Shown: positions 36,072-49,491 of the stretch, piece after piece
Position numbering within the stretch: the stretch's first letter is position 1
How the letters are laid out: each line of letters starts with the position of its first letter
From: Hydrolagus colliei
Taxonomy: Eukaryota
Length of the DNA: 64,000 nt
Assembly: GCA_035084275.1 (NCBI GenBank)
Contig: CM068755.1
Coordinates: forward strand, 10,230,001 to 10,294,000
Direction of reading: 5' to 3'
Translations under genes and position numbers: made by a program
The notes under the pieces: generated by a model
What the model was told of the DNA's origin: nothing
What the model saw: the letters and a program-made list of their open reading frames with translations, nothing else
Databases searched by the model: none

Positions 36072-39000
36072 TCATCGTCCACAGACCAGTGGGGCCACTT
36101 CACCAGTGTTTCCATGGTTGTTAATTTACAGGATCTGAATTGCTGCTCAAGTGTGACCACTCTGGATTTGTACTGAAAGAAAAGGGCCCAAGATGAAGTT
36201 GCAGTAAAATGCCCAGATTGGGTTGAAGCATTGACTCGGCAAGAGAAACTACATTGAAGTATTTTAAAGTTTCTCTTTACTCTCAAGGAAACAGGATTAC
36301 TATGTAGATGAGAAACAGATGAGTGAATGCCCTGAAGGAAAATGATGTCAAAGCTAGGTAACAGGCAAACCATGAGACCTGGGAGGAAAATGAGCAGAAT
36401 AATTGACTTTAATGACAAAGCAGCTGGGAAATGTTGAGATAAAAGGCCTGGATCCTTTTTTTGTTTCACTTCAACAGTGAAATTTTGAGGCTGCTTCAAA
36501 AATGTAAATGGTTAGGTAATGTTAAAAACTCTTAACGTAGTAAAGTTAGACACTTTTGGTCATGCGGTTTCTTGAATCCAAGGTCAGGTTGGGTCAGTAA
36601 TGAGTAGTCAGTTCAGTTTGGGAGCATCCTATTTAAAGCAAGGGTGGGAGCATAATGGCAGTCATCAAATGAAATAATAATATGTTTCGTGAAACTTTGA
36701 AAGTCGCCAGATGGCTCAAACTAATATGGAATAAACTTGAAAGAGGAAAATTATACAAGTGTTAGGTTAGAAGCATAGTTTTAAATTTCAACATCTTTGA
36801 CCAGAGTTTTTGTTCTAAAATGTATCTCTACATGTAAACTCTTTGATTGATCCTTCAAAAGTTCAGCCACTAGAAATATGACCATGGCTGAATCATCAGA
36901 CCCAGGGCTCTTTTGAAGCTACTGCCGGTTGTATTGACTCACTGTGTTTCAAGCCGAGTTCTCTCTAGCTGCAGACTTGACCTCAAACATACCAGTGTTT
37001 TCCATCATATTGGACGTTGTTGCAAGCTACATCAGCACATTTTTAAGCCATTTCGACTACTTGTGTTGAGTGTCAATATAAATTCTTGAATTGGGAGATA
37101 TATAACTTGATTCCTGAACTCGAGTTTAAATCATTTGGTGAATGATTCCCAACCGAATTCCTACTTACTGTTAAAAGTAAATGGAGGCGTGTTCAGTAAG
37201 GAAACTTGCCCAATGTGTCATCCTGCCTGGGAATCTTGCTCACTTGCGAGGTGAGCGCTCAAACCACTGAGGTACAGGATAAAGCAGAAGTAGCAAACTA
37301 TGAAAAAGAATTGCATATGTTTGCCACTTCCAAATTCACTGTGGATTTGGTCTGAAATGTTTAGATATTTTGCTAGAATGTTAACTTGTAGCAACATGTT
37401 TTCCATATTATTTAGATGCATGGAATTCTAGATTCCTAAGTCCAACTTGGAAGGCATGTCTCCAGGCAACAAATATTTGCAGAATTTCATTGTGGAGGCA
37501 TGTCCGTTGTACTTTTCTCCATCAGTTTCTGATAATCGAAGGCAACGCTTACCATAGATTTGAATTTAATGTGTACAGACAAGTGCAGTGGATCTTTAGG
37601 CTTCCTGTGGAACTGTAGTTTTGAATCCAGCCCAGGCTAATGCGTTTGAACAAACTCTTCAGGTCCAGGCAAAATATTTTGGGAATGGTTTGAGCTTAGT
37701 TTCTGAAAAATGTGAGTCCACACTGATTAAAAACCTTTCTGAAAGGATCTAAATTGACAGTCTCCAAGATTATAAGTGTCAGTAGCATGGGAAAATTTAT
37801 ATTGGTAAACTATATTTAGGCATTTAGGGTTGAAGGACATTGTTGGAATTGCATCAAGGGAAAAACAAATGCCTGACCTTATTGATAACTAGTGAGGGCA
37901 TCTGTTCCTTAAGTCAGAATTCCGGCTGAACAAAAACATTGTAGAACACTGTATTGCAAACCGTGCGGCCCTCTATGCTAGGTCACTATGCCACCAGTAT
38001 CTTTGAACGGTTAAGATACATTATAATCTGCATTTGTGGAATTTGTTTGCAACATAATGAATAATAAAACATTGAACCTTACCTTGAGGGAATTGAACGC
38101 AATTTGGTAATTTGTAAAGGAAGTCTTTATGTAGGAAATGCTTTCATTAATTGGGGTTTTGTTTATTGTGGTTTATTTTGTTTCCAAATCATAAAATCCT
38201 TATACAGGAACGAACCTGAGAGAAAATTGATACTTTCCTGCAGATTGCCATTTCCACCTGGATGTTCCCATCTGCAGCCTATGTCCACAGACATAGGCTT
38301 TTAGGGAATTGTAGCCTATATTCACCTATTGTGGAGAAATACAAGTGTCTTGACAGACTGAATAGATGAAGCTGCAGTGAGGAACTGTGGAAATGCATCT
38401 AATGAGCAAGGCATTTGCAGAAATAGCACAAAATATGCATTCTGATCAATTTGAATGTGACAAATAGATCTGTAGTGTATTTGTAATCCATTTTAAATGA
38501 AAGGTTTGTTCAGCATATTTAGTGTTGCTAATTTTTGTATTAATATCCTGTTCACCTTTAGCATCTTGTCATCTTTAATATCCTGCTGTATCTTTTTTGG
38601 CTTCTCTCAAACATTTTTGTTATAACAGAGGAATAACTATACAAGGACATACTGAAACAAGTAAGCTTCTAATATCCTTTTACTCTTTACCCAGAGGGCA
38701 TCAAGCTGTTTAAAACTGCAGAGCATCTCTCTATGAACCCAGTTCTCCTCTGTGTGTGTGTGTTTGCTTGTGTGTTTTAGAATATGAGCTGTTGCTGAAG
38801 CTTACTGTCTGGATTGGTTTGTTTGGTGCAGTTTCTAACTGAATAGCCATCTTTAACCTCTATTTGCCACTTTTGTTGATGAAAATAACACATCATTGAA
38901 GTGCTTTTATAATGTAGTCAGTTTCCTACAATCATTTTGAGGCTTTTTTATTTTTTTAATTTAACTAATTACTTGCACAGTGGCTGAGTGACAAACTTGT

Positions 39001-40154
39001 TAAAAGCAGACCTGACATTCGAGCTTGTGTGGTATTCCGTTGGTCTAGCCATTTGCAATGGGCCTCAACTTTCTGTAATGGCTTCTGACTGACCTTCTGT
39101 ATTGTTGCTTCCTTTCATATACAGCTTCCATTGCACGCTTTGCTGAAGTCTTCCAGGATGCCAGCAACCCCTGTCTGGCATGAAATCAGATCATTGACAG
39201 ACCACTCAGATTAGTTGCTGCTTTTGTGGCATCCCTCAAGCAATCGCTACCTCGTTGCAAAAAAATTTTAACTTCATATTTTCAACAATCTATTTCTGTA
39301 GCTCTTCAATGCACGTAAACCTTTTTTTTAAGAAAAAGTTACTCAGTACTAGTTTAGATTTCCGGAAGAAACTTAATGTTGACGCCATTCAGACTCAAAA
39401 TTTAATTGCAGTGACTCCCTTCCATAGAAAATGTGCTTCCAATTTTTTTTCAGGGTTGCATACACATACAACCGTATTGTCTTGTTATATAGAAAGAAAA
39501 ACATTCTATTATTTTGGCTAATAAAATGCAATTTGTTCTGTGAGGAGAGTGGCTTTCTGTTACAATAAAAGCTTTATGTTGAAATTCTTGCTTGGTCCAC
39601 AATTTTCACTCCCCCCACCCCACCTCTCCCTATTGTGGCCTTGACGTGTGTATTGAATGTTTTATCCAAGTAACACAGATGGCCAGATATAATTTGTGGC
39701 ACATAGAGCTATTGGATTTGTCAGCCAAGACTATTCTTTCCCACTGCTCTCTCTCTGTCTGTTGGTTCCTGTAACCTGCATTGCTGCTGCCTCAGATCAA
39801 GCCAATTAAACATAGCTTTTGGGATCTAAACACTGGCAGATGACTGGTTAGTATAAATCGGTAATGAAGTAAAATGGGTCATCCTGTCTGATTTCAGTCC
39901 CATTTCAAGTGGAAACTATTGAAATAATTAAACCTGTCAAAGCCATTGAGGCACAAATGATTTGATTAGACTGAGATTTTATGAGAGATGCTTTCTTGCA
40001 GTTACAAATATGCCTCAAGTTGTAGTCCTTCATGTTTGATTTCCTCATCCAGGCTTTCTAGCTGTTTGGAATCCAGCTCAATTTGTTGTAATGTTTATCT
40101 CTGTGTTACTTTAGGTTAACGTTTTGTCAAGCAAATCGTATTCTCACCTTTATG

Positions 40155-40370
40155 TGTTGTCAGTCTGGCTCAGTTGGTAGTGCTCTTGCCTCTTGAGTCC
40201 AAATGTTATGGGTGTTAGCCCCACATCAGGACTTGAACTAACACAGTCTGAGCTTACACTCCATTGTGGTGTTGCATTGTTGGCGATGCCTTCCTTTAAA
40301 TGAGATGTTAAATCGAGGTCCACCTGGCCAACAATGCTCCCCAAATAAAATTAGTCACTTACATCATGGC
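40155..40370 (+). mobile_element. Older SacSINE1-like relic (head and middle)
   Basis: GTCAGTCTGGCTCAGTTGGTAGTGCTCTTGCCTCTTGAGTC... GAGATGTTAAATCGAGGTCC. Confidence 0.7.
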
Positions 40371-40947
40371 TTTTGCAAAGTGGTCCAGAGCTAAAGAGTC
40401 GCCAAACCAGCCTGACCTGCATTATGTGATCAGTTTGCTGCTTTTTGGGTTGCAAATAATAATATAAAAATCTCTAAACTGCTTTTTTAAAATAGATTTT
40501 TATCCAGCCTGTCGTTCTTGCCTCCTACAAGATCACCATTGGCTACATTATCAGCCTGATAATGAAGCCCATAGGTAGGATTTTCTGGGGTCTCAGTTTT
40601 AATAATCTAAGATCCCACATAATTGATGCTTGAGAACTATGTAGCTTACGCTGTAGGCAAGTATAATGTCAGAGTGATTTGCATAACGTAAAATTCTGGA
40701 ACATTACTGTTGCCTGGAACTTTTTATGGCTGTAATCAGTAGTTTGTTTTATAAACCACTAAGGAATTCAGTGTTTTGCTTTTTCTCCTTCGACAAAGCC
40801 ACCCTGACCGTTAGCAACTGTGCTTGTGCCTGAGTCAAGAGTGCCGCAAAATTCTTGTTTTGTTTTGCAATGAAATTGCCTTGTTACCTGCTGCTGGAGT
40901 GAGGAGCAGGTGAGGCAGCTCTCTTGGCCCTTAATCTAAAGAAAATG

Positions 40948-41310
40948 GTGTCAGTCTGGCTCAGCCACAAGGTTATGGGTGCAAGTCCCAGGTTGGACTT
41001 TGAACTCTTGTAGTCCAGGCTGACGCTTTATTGTACTGCTGTGGGTATACTTTTTTTTGAAGAAAACACGAAAACAAAATGCATGTTAGATTGTGAGAGT
41101 TGCCATCCTTTGGATGAGATTTTAAATCAAAGTTATTTTTGCCTGTTCAGGTGAATGTTAAATATCTTGTGGTACAATTTGAAAAGAAAATGAAGTTTCT
41201 CCTGATTTTGTGGCCAAGAATCCTGGGTGGGGGAGTGCGATTGAACATTTAATTTCACGTCTGTTTGTGGGATATTGCTGTGCGTTGAAGTGCTTTGAGA
41301 TGTCCTGATG
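40948..41310 (+). mobile_element. Older SacSINE1-like relic
   Basis: GTGTCAGTCTGGCTCAG head, GGATGAGAT..TAAATCAA...GTTCAGGTGAATGTTAAA, CTGTTTGTGGGATATTGCTGTGCG core. Confidence 0.7.
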
Positions 41311-42559
41311 CGAATGGTCTGACCTTTGCTCTGTACATATTTCAGCCTATATTTGGCACTCCACTAGCTGATATCTTGGCATAATTAACCTACATATGCA
41401 TGAAAAACATGACCTAAATGAAGACAAACTCCCATTCATTCAAGTTAACTTCTGGTAGGGCTGTGCTAGAGAAACATTCTGTACCTTTCAGGATTGAAAG
41501 CTACAGCTATCATTTATTTTTCTGATGCTTTTTTGTATTGCTGACAACATTTGTTATTTCATTTTACCGAGCTGTGCGATTTTTAAACATTTGTACTGCT
41601 GAATTTCAAAAGAAAATAAAGCAAATCTAAAATGCATTTCATTAAATTCCCACTAGTTGCAGTGTAGTAAGCATTGGAATTGTTCAGTGGTGCGGTGGGG
41701 ACATTATTGCAGCCAAAATTCAGCTCCTGTTTAAATTAGCTGTGTTTTTGTTTAATTGGATGAAACCAGGATTTTTGTTCAGATATATTCTTGGCTTACA
41801 AATATTCATTTCATTAAGGTGAAGAACACAACACATTGCCTTTCAGCCCCATTTTGAACTGCAGCCAATGCAACCCCAAGCAGCTGTCCCACAGTTGAAC
41901 ATTTAGTCTCTCGACGTTTCAAGACTAAATGTCCATCTGTAGTACAGCTGCTAGGGGGTTGCAAGGACAAGGGCAACATTCGGGTTTCAACGTTTAAAAG
42001 CTCCTTAAGAAAACATTTTTCAACAAAGACTTGCTCTTCCTCACTTTTGGCCTTACGGATCCCTTCACACTGCAAATCTGTTCCTAGAACAGAATATAAT
42101 CAGAAATGTTCAGCCAACGATCTGTAGGCTGTCAAAAGGCTCTTTGTCCATTTTCTTCATAAGCCAAATCTTCAGGGTTTAAAAAAAACCTGTACCAATG
42201 AGATGATAAATTATGTTTAGACCATTGCAACTTGCTATTGCCATAGTACCTAGCTAGCTTTAGACTACAGCTTTATTTTAAGCTTGATCATGTTTTCTCT
42301 TACATTGTAAAAAGTAAAGATTGATGTTTATGGTAAGCTGGCAGCTCTTAATTAGGAACTAAATGTGAAGTAGTATTGAGATACCAGCTGTGACCATAAA
42401 GAATTGACTCATCTTGCAACATAGCATTTAACTATTTCATGTACTCAAGTGGTCTCAGGCGAATTATTTTGTTTATAACTAAATTTATTGCAGCAGATTT
42501 GGAGTACATCTGTGCTTTTATTAGTTGTGTTTTCAAGCCAGACAACAGGAATTGCATTC

Positions 42560-42812
42560 GCATAGTCTAAGCTGAAGCTCCTTTGCAGTGGTCACCCAAG
42601 GGGTGTGTTGCATTATCAGAGGTGCTGTCCTTCAAATGAGACGTTAAACCAAGGTCCCGTCTGCCTGTTCAGGTGGATGTTAAAGATCCTGAGATCCATA
42701 AAATCCATGATCCATAAAATACACAGGTCACTTCACTTTACAGGATATCAATGAAGTGCTTTTAGACGTCTTGATGATGTGCTAAGATGCTATATCAAAT
42801 CCTATTATTATT
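42560..42812 (+). mobile_element. Older SacSINE1-like relic just upstream of the CHSY1 exon 2 acceptor
   Basis: GAGGTGCTGTCCTTCAAATGAGACGTTAAACCAAGGTCCCGTCTGCCTGTTCAGGTGGATGTTAAAGATCC plus tail ending (TTA)n. Confidence 0.75.
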
Positions 42813-42895
42813 ACTCTTCAACTTATTTTAGCAAGAGTTAATACTTGCCATTTATTACGATATCATGTATTTTCCTTTCTGTTTTTCCCTTGCAG

Positions 42896-44485
42896 ATGCA
42901 GCAGCTGTTTTATGAAAACTATGAACAGAATAAAAAAGGCTACATCAAAGATCTGCACAACAGCAAAATCCACCGGGCAATCACTCTGCACCCCAATAAG
43001 AATCCAGCGTATCAATATCGATTACACAGCTACATGTTGAGCCGCAAGATAGCAGAGCTCCGTCACCGTACTGTTCAACTTCACCGGGAGATTGTTCTGA
43101 TGAGCAGGTACAGCAACTCCGAGGTTCGCAAAGATGATATGCAATTAGGAATCCCTCCCTCTTTCATGCGGTTTCAGCCGCGCCAGAGAGAAGAGGTGCT
43201 CGAGTGGGAGTTTTTGACTGGAAAATATCTCTATTCAGCATTTGATGGTCAGCCTCCACGGAGAGGAATGGACTCTTCCCAGAGAGAAGCTTTAGATGAC
43301 ATTATCATGCAGGTAATGGAGATGATTAATGCTAATGCCAAGAGCAGGGGACGTGTCATTGACTTCAAGGAAATTCAGTACGGTTACCGAAGAGTCAATC
43401 CTATGTATGGTGCCGAATATGTTCTTGATCTTCTGCTTCTGTACAAAAAACATAAAGGCAAGAAAATGACTGTTCCTGTGAGGAGACACGCATACTTACA
43501 GCAAACCTTCAGCAAGATCCAATTTGCTGAGCGTGAAGAGATCGATGCCAAAGATTTGGCCAACAAGATTAATAGTAACTCTGGGTCTTTATCCTTCCTT
43601 TCCAACCCCCTCAAGATATTTGTTCCTTTCCAATTTGCAAACGCTAATCTGGAGCGCAAGGACCCCAAAGACAAGAAAATCAACATTTTGGTTCCGCTGT
43701 CTGGGCGTTTTGAAATGTTTGCACGATTCATGGGGAACTTTGAAAGGACCTGCCTTGTTTCGAATCAAAACGTCAAGCTGGTCATTTTGCTCTTCAATTC
43801 TGATTCGAATCCAGACAAAACAAAGCAAGTGGAACTGATGCGAGATTATCGCATCAAATTTCCCAAAGCCGACCTGCAGATTCTACCGGTGTCTGGAGAG
43901 TTTTCAAGGGCGCTTGCTCTAGAAGTTGGATCCTCCCAATTCAGCAATGATTCACTACTTTTCTTTTGCGATGTAGATTTGATTTTTACAGCTGAATTTC
44001 TGCAGCGCTGCAGGGACAACACAGTCCAAGGAGAACAAGTGTACTTTCCAATTATCTTTAGCCAATATGACCCAAAGATTGTATATGCCGGGAATGTTCC
44101 CAGTGACAACAATTATGCCTTCACTATAAAGACAGGATTTTGGAGGAACTATGGATTTGGGATCACTTGTGTTTATAAAAGTGATCTGTTGCGTGCAGGT
44201 GGGTTTGATATCTCTATCCAGGGTTGGGGAATGGAGGATGTGGACCTTTTCAACAAAGTGATTCAAGCTGGTCTAAAGCCATTCAGGAGTCAAGAAATCG
44301 GAGTAATACACGTCCATCATCCTGTCTACTGTGATCCTAACCTTGAAGCAAAACAGTACAAAATGTGCTTGGGCTCCAAAGCTTCAACCTATGGTTCCAC
44401 ACAGCAGCTGGCTGACCTGTGGCTTGAAAAGAATAAATCCAATCTTGGTAACAGCAGCAATAAGAGTTCAGACAGGACAGCCTAA
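42896..44485 (+). CDS. CHSY1: Chondroitin sulfate synthase 1 terminal coding exon (529 aa, C-terminal glycosyltransferase domain)
   Basis: Long pyrimidine tract then tgcag|ATG; MQQLFYENYEQNKKGY...FFCDVDL...GWGMEDVDL...RTA-TAA; joins exon 1 in phase 0 to give WSYE|MQQL. Confidence 0.97.
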   Translation: MQQLFYENYEQNKKGYIKDLHNSKIHRAITLHPNKNPAYQYRLHSYMLSRKIAELRHRTVQLHREIVLMSRYSNSEVRKDDMQLGIPPSFMRFQPRQREEVLEWEFLTGKYLYSAFDGQPPRRGMDSSQREALDDIIMQVMEMINANAKSRGRVIDFKEIQYGYRRVNPMYGAEYVLDLLLLYKKHKGKKMTVPVRRHAYLQQTFSKIQFAEREEIDAKDLANKINSNSGSLSFLSNPLKIFVPFQFANANLERKDPKDKKINILVPLSGRFEMFARFMGNFERTCLVSNQNVKLVILLFNSDSNPDKTKQVELMRDYRIKFPKADLQILPVSGEFSRALALEVGSSQFSNDSLLFFCDVDLIFTAEFLQRCRDNTVQGEQVYFPIIFSQYDPKIVYAGNVPSDNNYAFTIKTGFWRNYGFGITCVYKSDLLRAGGFDISIQGWGMEDVDLFNKVIQAGLKPFRSQEIGVIHVHHPVYCDPNLEAKQYKMCLGSKASTYGSTQQLADLWLEKNKSNLGNSSNKSSDRTA

Positions 44486-47129
44486 TGTCCAGCTAGGCTG
44501 GAAAACACTTTCTACTTTAATTTATTTTAACTTTTTTTTATATAATGTGGCAGTTGATTTAAAACTACAGGAGGATAGATGTTGTAAATAAATGATTGTT
44601 TTACAGATATGGGTGGAAGGGGGGTGGGGGGAGAACATTTTTGCTTTGAACAAATAATGTGACCAGTATTTACGTTGATGATTTTGCTGGCTGCACTGAC
44701 TGTATTTCCTGCACTTTGGTGTACGAGGAAGGTTGGATGGAGAAGCCAATGCATCAAGCAGAACATGTCTGATTTGACTCCTGATACTCGAGCTAGAGGA
44801 CCAGACCCTATGGGTCACTGTTGAGAAACTTGACGAACAGGACCATATATGTGCACCTGCCTCTTCAGCTCCCCTGGAGTTGTTAAATCTAACTTATAAT
44901 GTGAATAAATATTCGACTGATAAGTTTTTCATGGAAAAGAAGTGTACCTATTTGAAACTAGCTGGAGCACCCCACACTGAATTTTTATACTGTTTTCATT
45001 CCATTAACACTCGATAGGTTTTGGGTTCTGTTGAGAGAATGAACCAATATTAAATTGTCTTGTCTGTTAATTTGTCTTTCCTTTGGTCAGTTTCATAATT
45101 TATTTTTAATCCTTGCTTCGAAGTATTGTCCATGTCCAGTTGCTTATTCACCACTTGTTATTTTATGCACATTTAGTAATTTGTTTTCTTTCTCAACTCC
45201 CCTCATAGGTTTAAACTCCTAGTGATGTACAATCTCTACTCTCGTGCCAACTTCCAACTAAAACTGGTTAATTTCTGGTTATGGCATTCTTTCCCTATAT
45301 ATGTGCAGTGTTTTAAGCAATTTTGCTATTTGCATTTTTTTAAACTAATAAATGGTTATTCTGACCTAAGGAAGGCACATGAAACTGAAGAGACATTTTA
45401 TTTGTAATTTCATTCTCTGCTTTAAGTTTTTTTTTCTCGCTCCCTTACATATGGACCAAAAAGATCAACAGAATATGTTATTCAAATGTAATTTAACTTC
45501 AGCAGTTTATCCCTATCTATCTTAAATTTCTCTGGGACACTGTCTCTCATTTCGTAATCTTTGAGTTTGCTTAAGAAAACGTATATCGTTCAGATGAAAG
45601 CAGATTTGAAAATCTGCATCTAATCTATCATTCATTTTTCTTAGGCTTTTTTAAAAATAGAGCTACAACCAAAAGAAAGGCAGTTACTGGATAATTTATT
45701 AAGAATTTTAGTATTTCTTTATAATACTATTGATCTTTAAGAGTAAAGGAAGTTGTGTTCCTTCCCCTCTGATTGTATGTGCTTATCATTTTCATTTGCA
45801 GTGAAAAGTTCCTTACTACAGCTTTAAGCAGCGGTTATTGACTTTGAGTTTCTGTCTTTCAGTAATATGTGCCTGACCAGAAATCCCTGTAGTTCATGAC
45901 CAGAAATAAAATGCTTCAATCACAAATGAGAAAGTCTTACACAAACTGTAATTTGCATAGATCTTCTACATAGATCAAATGCTTCTTCACATATTAAAGC
46001 ATTATCCTCATTGTTTTCCCTTTTGCCCCTTTTCTCGCTTTTTTTAAGTACCTGCAAGTACTTTGCATGGCTCTTTAGATTTTTGTGGTACATAATGGTA
46101 GGAGGTTCTCTTTTATTGTACTGTACCTAGGAAATCTCAAGCTGTTGCTTAGCTTTTTAGCTAAGATAATAGGGAATGCCAAACTTTAGAGCCATTTGTT
46201 CTAGGATTCAATGCCAGCCAACCCTAACAATACTATCTTTCCTTTCTAAAAGCTGACCTTCAGGGTTGTGTAAATTACGCTGCATTTTGTATACAGAACC
46301 TTTTCTGTTTTATTTTGGAAGAATCTGATTAATGTAGAGAACAGAACACTCCCTGGTTTTAACCATGCAGTAGAAATCACTTGCTGTACTTTTTTGTTTG
46401 TTTTTGTAGGCTTCTCTTGTTTATCACACTCTTCTATCATTCCCCATGCAAATCATGTCACTTTCTTGTCATTTCAAGTTTACAGATTAGGTGGCGAGAA
46501 CAAACCTTGGGCATGGCAGCTTCTCACATTTTAAAATGAAGTCACTGTTTCATGGATTGATGCACCTTATTTGAGACTGGCAAGGATTTTAAGGGAACCA
46601 AGTATTTTTTCTAAACAAAATCTTTACTCTGAACCGATCATTCTGACAAAAGCTGTACACCTGATCTGGATGTGATTGTGATTTTTATGAATCGTTCATG
46701 TAGCCATTGTTCCCTTTTTTGTGTGTTAAAACTGTACAGTTTTAAATTTGTAGTATTGGGCTATTTTCAGAAGGAATAATTAATACATCTACCTTGGCAA
46801 AGGAGTCAAAATCTTCCCTAAATTGTTCCCCAGTCGACGGTCGGCAGCGTAACATGTACAGATGCTGTCTTGCAGGCTAGTTTTGATCAACTATGTTTTT
46901 ATAGTATAGAAGATGTTCCACATTCATTTTGCCTCATTGTTTTGGGGGCAAAATCTAAACAATTTGACAATTGTTAAACATTCTAAAACTGGGATGTGAT
47001 TTATTAATCTTTTTTTGTTAATGAATTTGTGTTTTTAACTAGTTCAGTTCCAGTTCAGTTTTTCAATGCAAATCAACATGTAAAAACTTTTTAAATCCCT
47101 CTGTACTTGATTAGTGTATATAATGTTTT

Positions 47130-47135
47130 AATAAA
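47130..47135 (+). terminator. Likely distal CHSY1 polyadenylation signal (proximal AATAAA also at 44587, 44904, 45347, 45905)
   Basis: AATAAA followed about 15 nt later by a GU/U-rich tract CTTTGTGTGGCTTTTT; no recognisable SINE or LINE between the stop codon and this site. Confidence 0.55.
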
Positions 47136-48399
47136 TATTTGAATACAATCCTTTGTGTGGCTTTTTACTAATTCTCCATCAAAGAACTGTTCTTATTTTT
47201 TTTTAAAGGGTCTTATTTTAACACTTTTTATTGGTAGTTCTGCTAACGTGGTGACCATTTCTAATTTAATTTTTAAATAATTGAATTTTTTTGGTGTATA
47301 GTGGAGGAAAGCTAGGGTTCTGATATGCCAGGTGTGCTCATTGCTTCTGTGTAAGTCCCTGAAACATTCCCTTGACTAAACAACTAGTTGCTGTGTACGT
47401 ACTGTAATTTATCCCAGATCATGGTTCATGTCATTTTGTGTCCTATCCTGTGGATTTGAGCCTCTGAACTCTCATTGTCAGTGGGTACATGGCAATCTGT
47501 GGCAGTCGTAATGTGTTTACTTATTTCTCCTTGCTGTGTTCAGAGCACAATGTGCAGCTAGATTTGATTCTCATTTTAAGTGGCATATTCCCCTAAATTG
47601 CTACCTGCAGCGAAATATTTGTCAGCATCGTCTCAACATGATCGTAAGCGCACAATGATGTTTCGATACAATCATTGCAAAAGATCAGAGATTTGTTCAT
47701 CAATGGTTCTCAGTATAACTAAATCAAACAAGAAGCAAGTGATGGATTATTTACCATTATGGTAAAATGAGTGTTACAATGGTGTACAAATTGAACAGTT
47801 TTCCGCTGTGCGTGGACATCATTTGAAGTTGCTGTAAATACATTTTATCAAAATTTGTATTGTTGATATTCTGGCCAACTATCCTCCAGATACATTTGGT
47901 AGTTTCACTTCATAATTGGGTGAGAATTGGTTGCCACTTTCACCTAATTGTAGTCAATTAGGTGAAAGCGATTCAGGACGTTCTCTCGTGAAAGGCATTT
48001 TGTGAAATGCAAGGTTCATCATTAGATCCTGAAGTGACTTTATTGCAAATTTAGACTTTAGAAGGCTTCAGCAGTTGAAGGAGATCTATTCCATCTGGAG
48101 GACATTCAGGATAATGTATTGCTCTTCTGCCAAATTGATTTTGAGGTTGTTCCAACATGTCATTATGTACCTTTTAGTAGTGAATGCTAAGTAGTAATAT
48201 CTTATCTGATTTCTTTTCTTAAATAAGCTTTGATACCTCTCCAATAATGCAGCCTTTTTAGTAATCTCTGAAGTACAGAATTTAAATTGGGAGGCCCATC
48301 TTTGGGAATTATAACTACTGAAAGTAAATGACCGCATTTATCAAAGATGTAGGGTTTGTGCACTTATGTAGTAAGCTTTGTAAAATTTCATAAAGCGAG

Positions 48400-48790
48400 C
48401 TTGCTTTGGAACTCCATTCCACAATCCCTTCACCTTGCTACCTACCTTGCCTCCTTCACGATCAGTCTCAAGATCCTTCTCTTCGATCCTGCCTTCAGCC
48501 GCCGTACTACCTCTCTGCCCTCCATCATCCCAACCCTGACCACCTCTCCACTCCGCCCCCCCCACCCCACCCTCCCCCCATGCTTGGGTCAATGCTTTTA
48601 ACTAAAAACTCCATCGATGTTAAGCACTTTTCCATTGTATTCTATTATTGGAAGAAACCGTACAGCACAAAGCATATTGAAATGCTAAAATTCACCCATT
48701 TACGATCCACTAGTGCCGAACCCTGACTCTTCAGCACCCTGGGACGTCCTCCCGACGTGAAAGGCGCCCTACAAATGTAATTTTGTTTGT
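48400..48790 (+). mobile_element. L2 LINE 3' end carrying a 126-bp foreign insert (48591-48716)
   Basis: Colinear with the reverse complement of the 34443 copy except for the insert between GGGTC and CGAACCCTGAC. Confidence 0.85.
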
Positions 48791-49491
48791 ACAATTATTG
48801 TGCCTTTTTTTTCCCCCTTCACACATTTAAACATGCGAAGATGCGAAACTCAAATGCTTCTGAGTGGTGATGAAGTCAACAGTATCCTGTCTCGTAGCCT
48901 GGTGTACTCAGGAAAGAGGCTTCAAGTCCTTAGGTGTAATATTGCCACTTTACAGGTTTACATTGGGGTTGCAGTATGTCCTTGGTTAGAAAGGTGCTTC
49001 TCCCAAGTATTTGGCCCACAAGCATCCAGATAATGTGGTAATTCAATGCATGGATGATGGTGGGACATCTGTTGTCTGAACGTTTGCCTTCCAATAAAAT
49101 ATACTGTCACAACACAGCAATTCACTGCGATGTGCTCTCAAATGTGTGGATGACTTTTTATTTATCATTGTGGTTTGGTTGCTGGCAAAGATTTGATTTG
49201 CCTCTGCAATCTCGTTGTAAAAGTGCCTTGTGACCTTTCAATTTTATCAGATCCTGTACCAAATACAAGCATTACCACACTGATGTTAACAGTATTGGCA
49301 AGGTTTTGTAACAAAGTGATATCATTGGAGTGAGGTCAGGTTCACACTTGGCAAACCTGCTGTTTTAGATATACGCTAATGTGGGCTTGGGATATCCTGA
49401 CCAAATTTGGCAGGCTTGCATTTGATTGTACTGCACTAACAGGTCGTAAATGGATGAATTTTAGAGTTTCAATATGCTTTATGCTGTACGG

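Noticed and set aside
42845-42895. N-terminal 17 residues of the 546-aa ORF
   Set aside because: This is the intronic polypyrimidine tract; the real exon starts at 42896 after tgcag.
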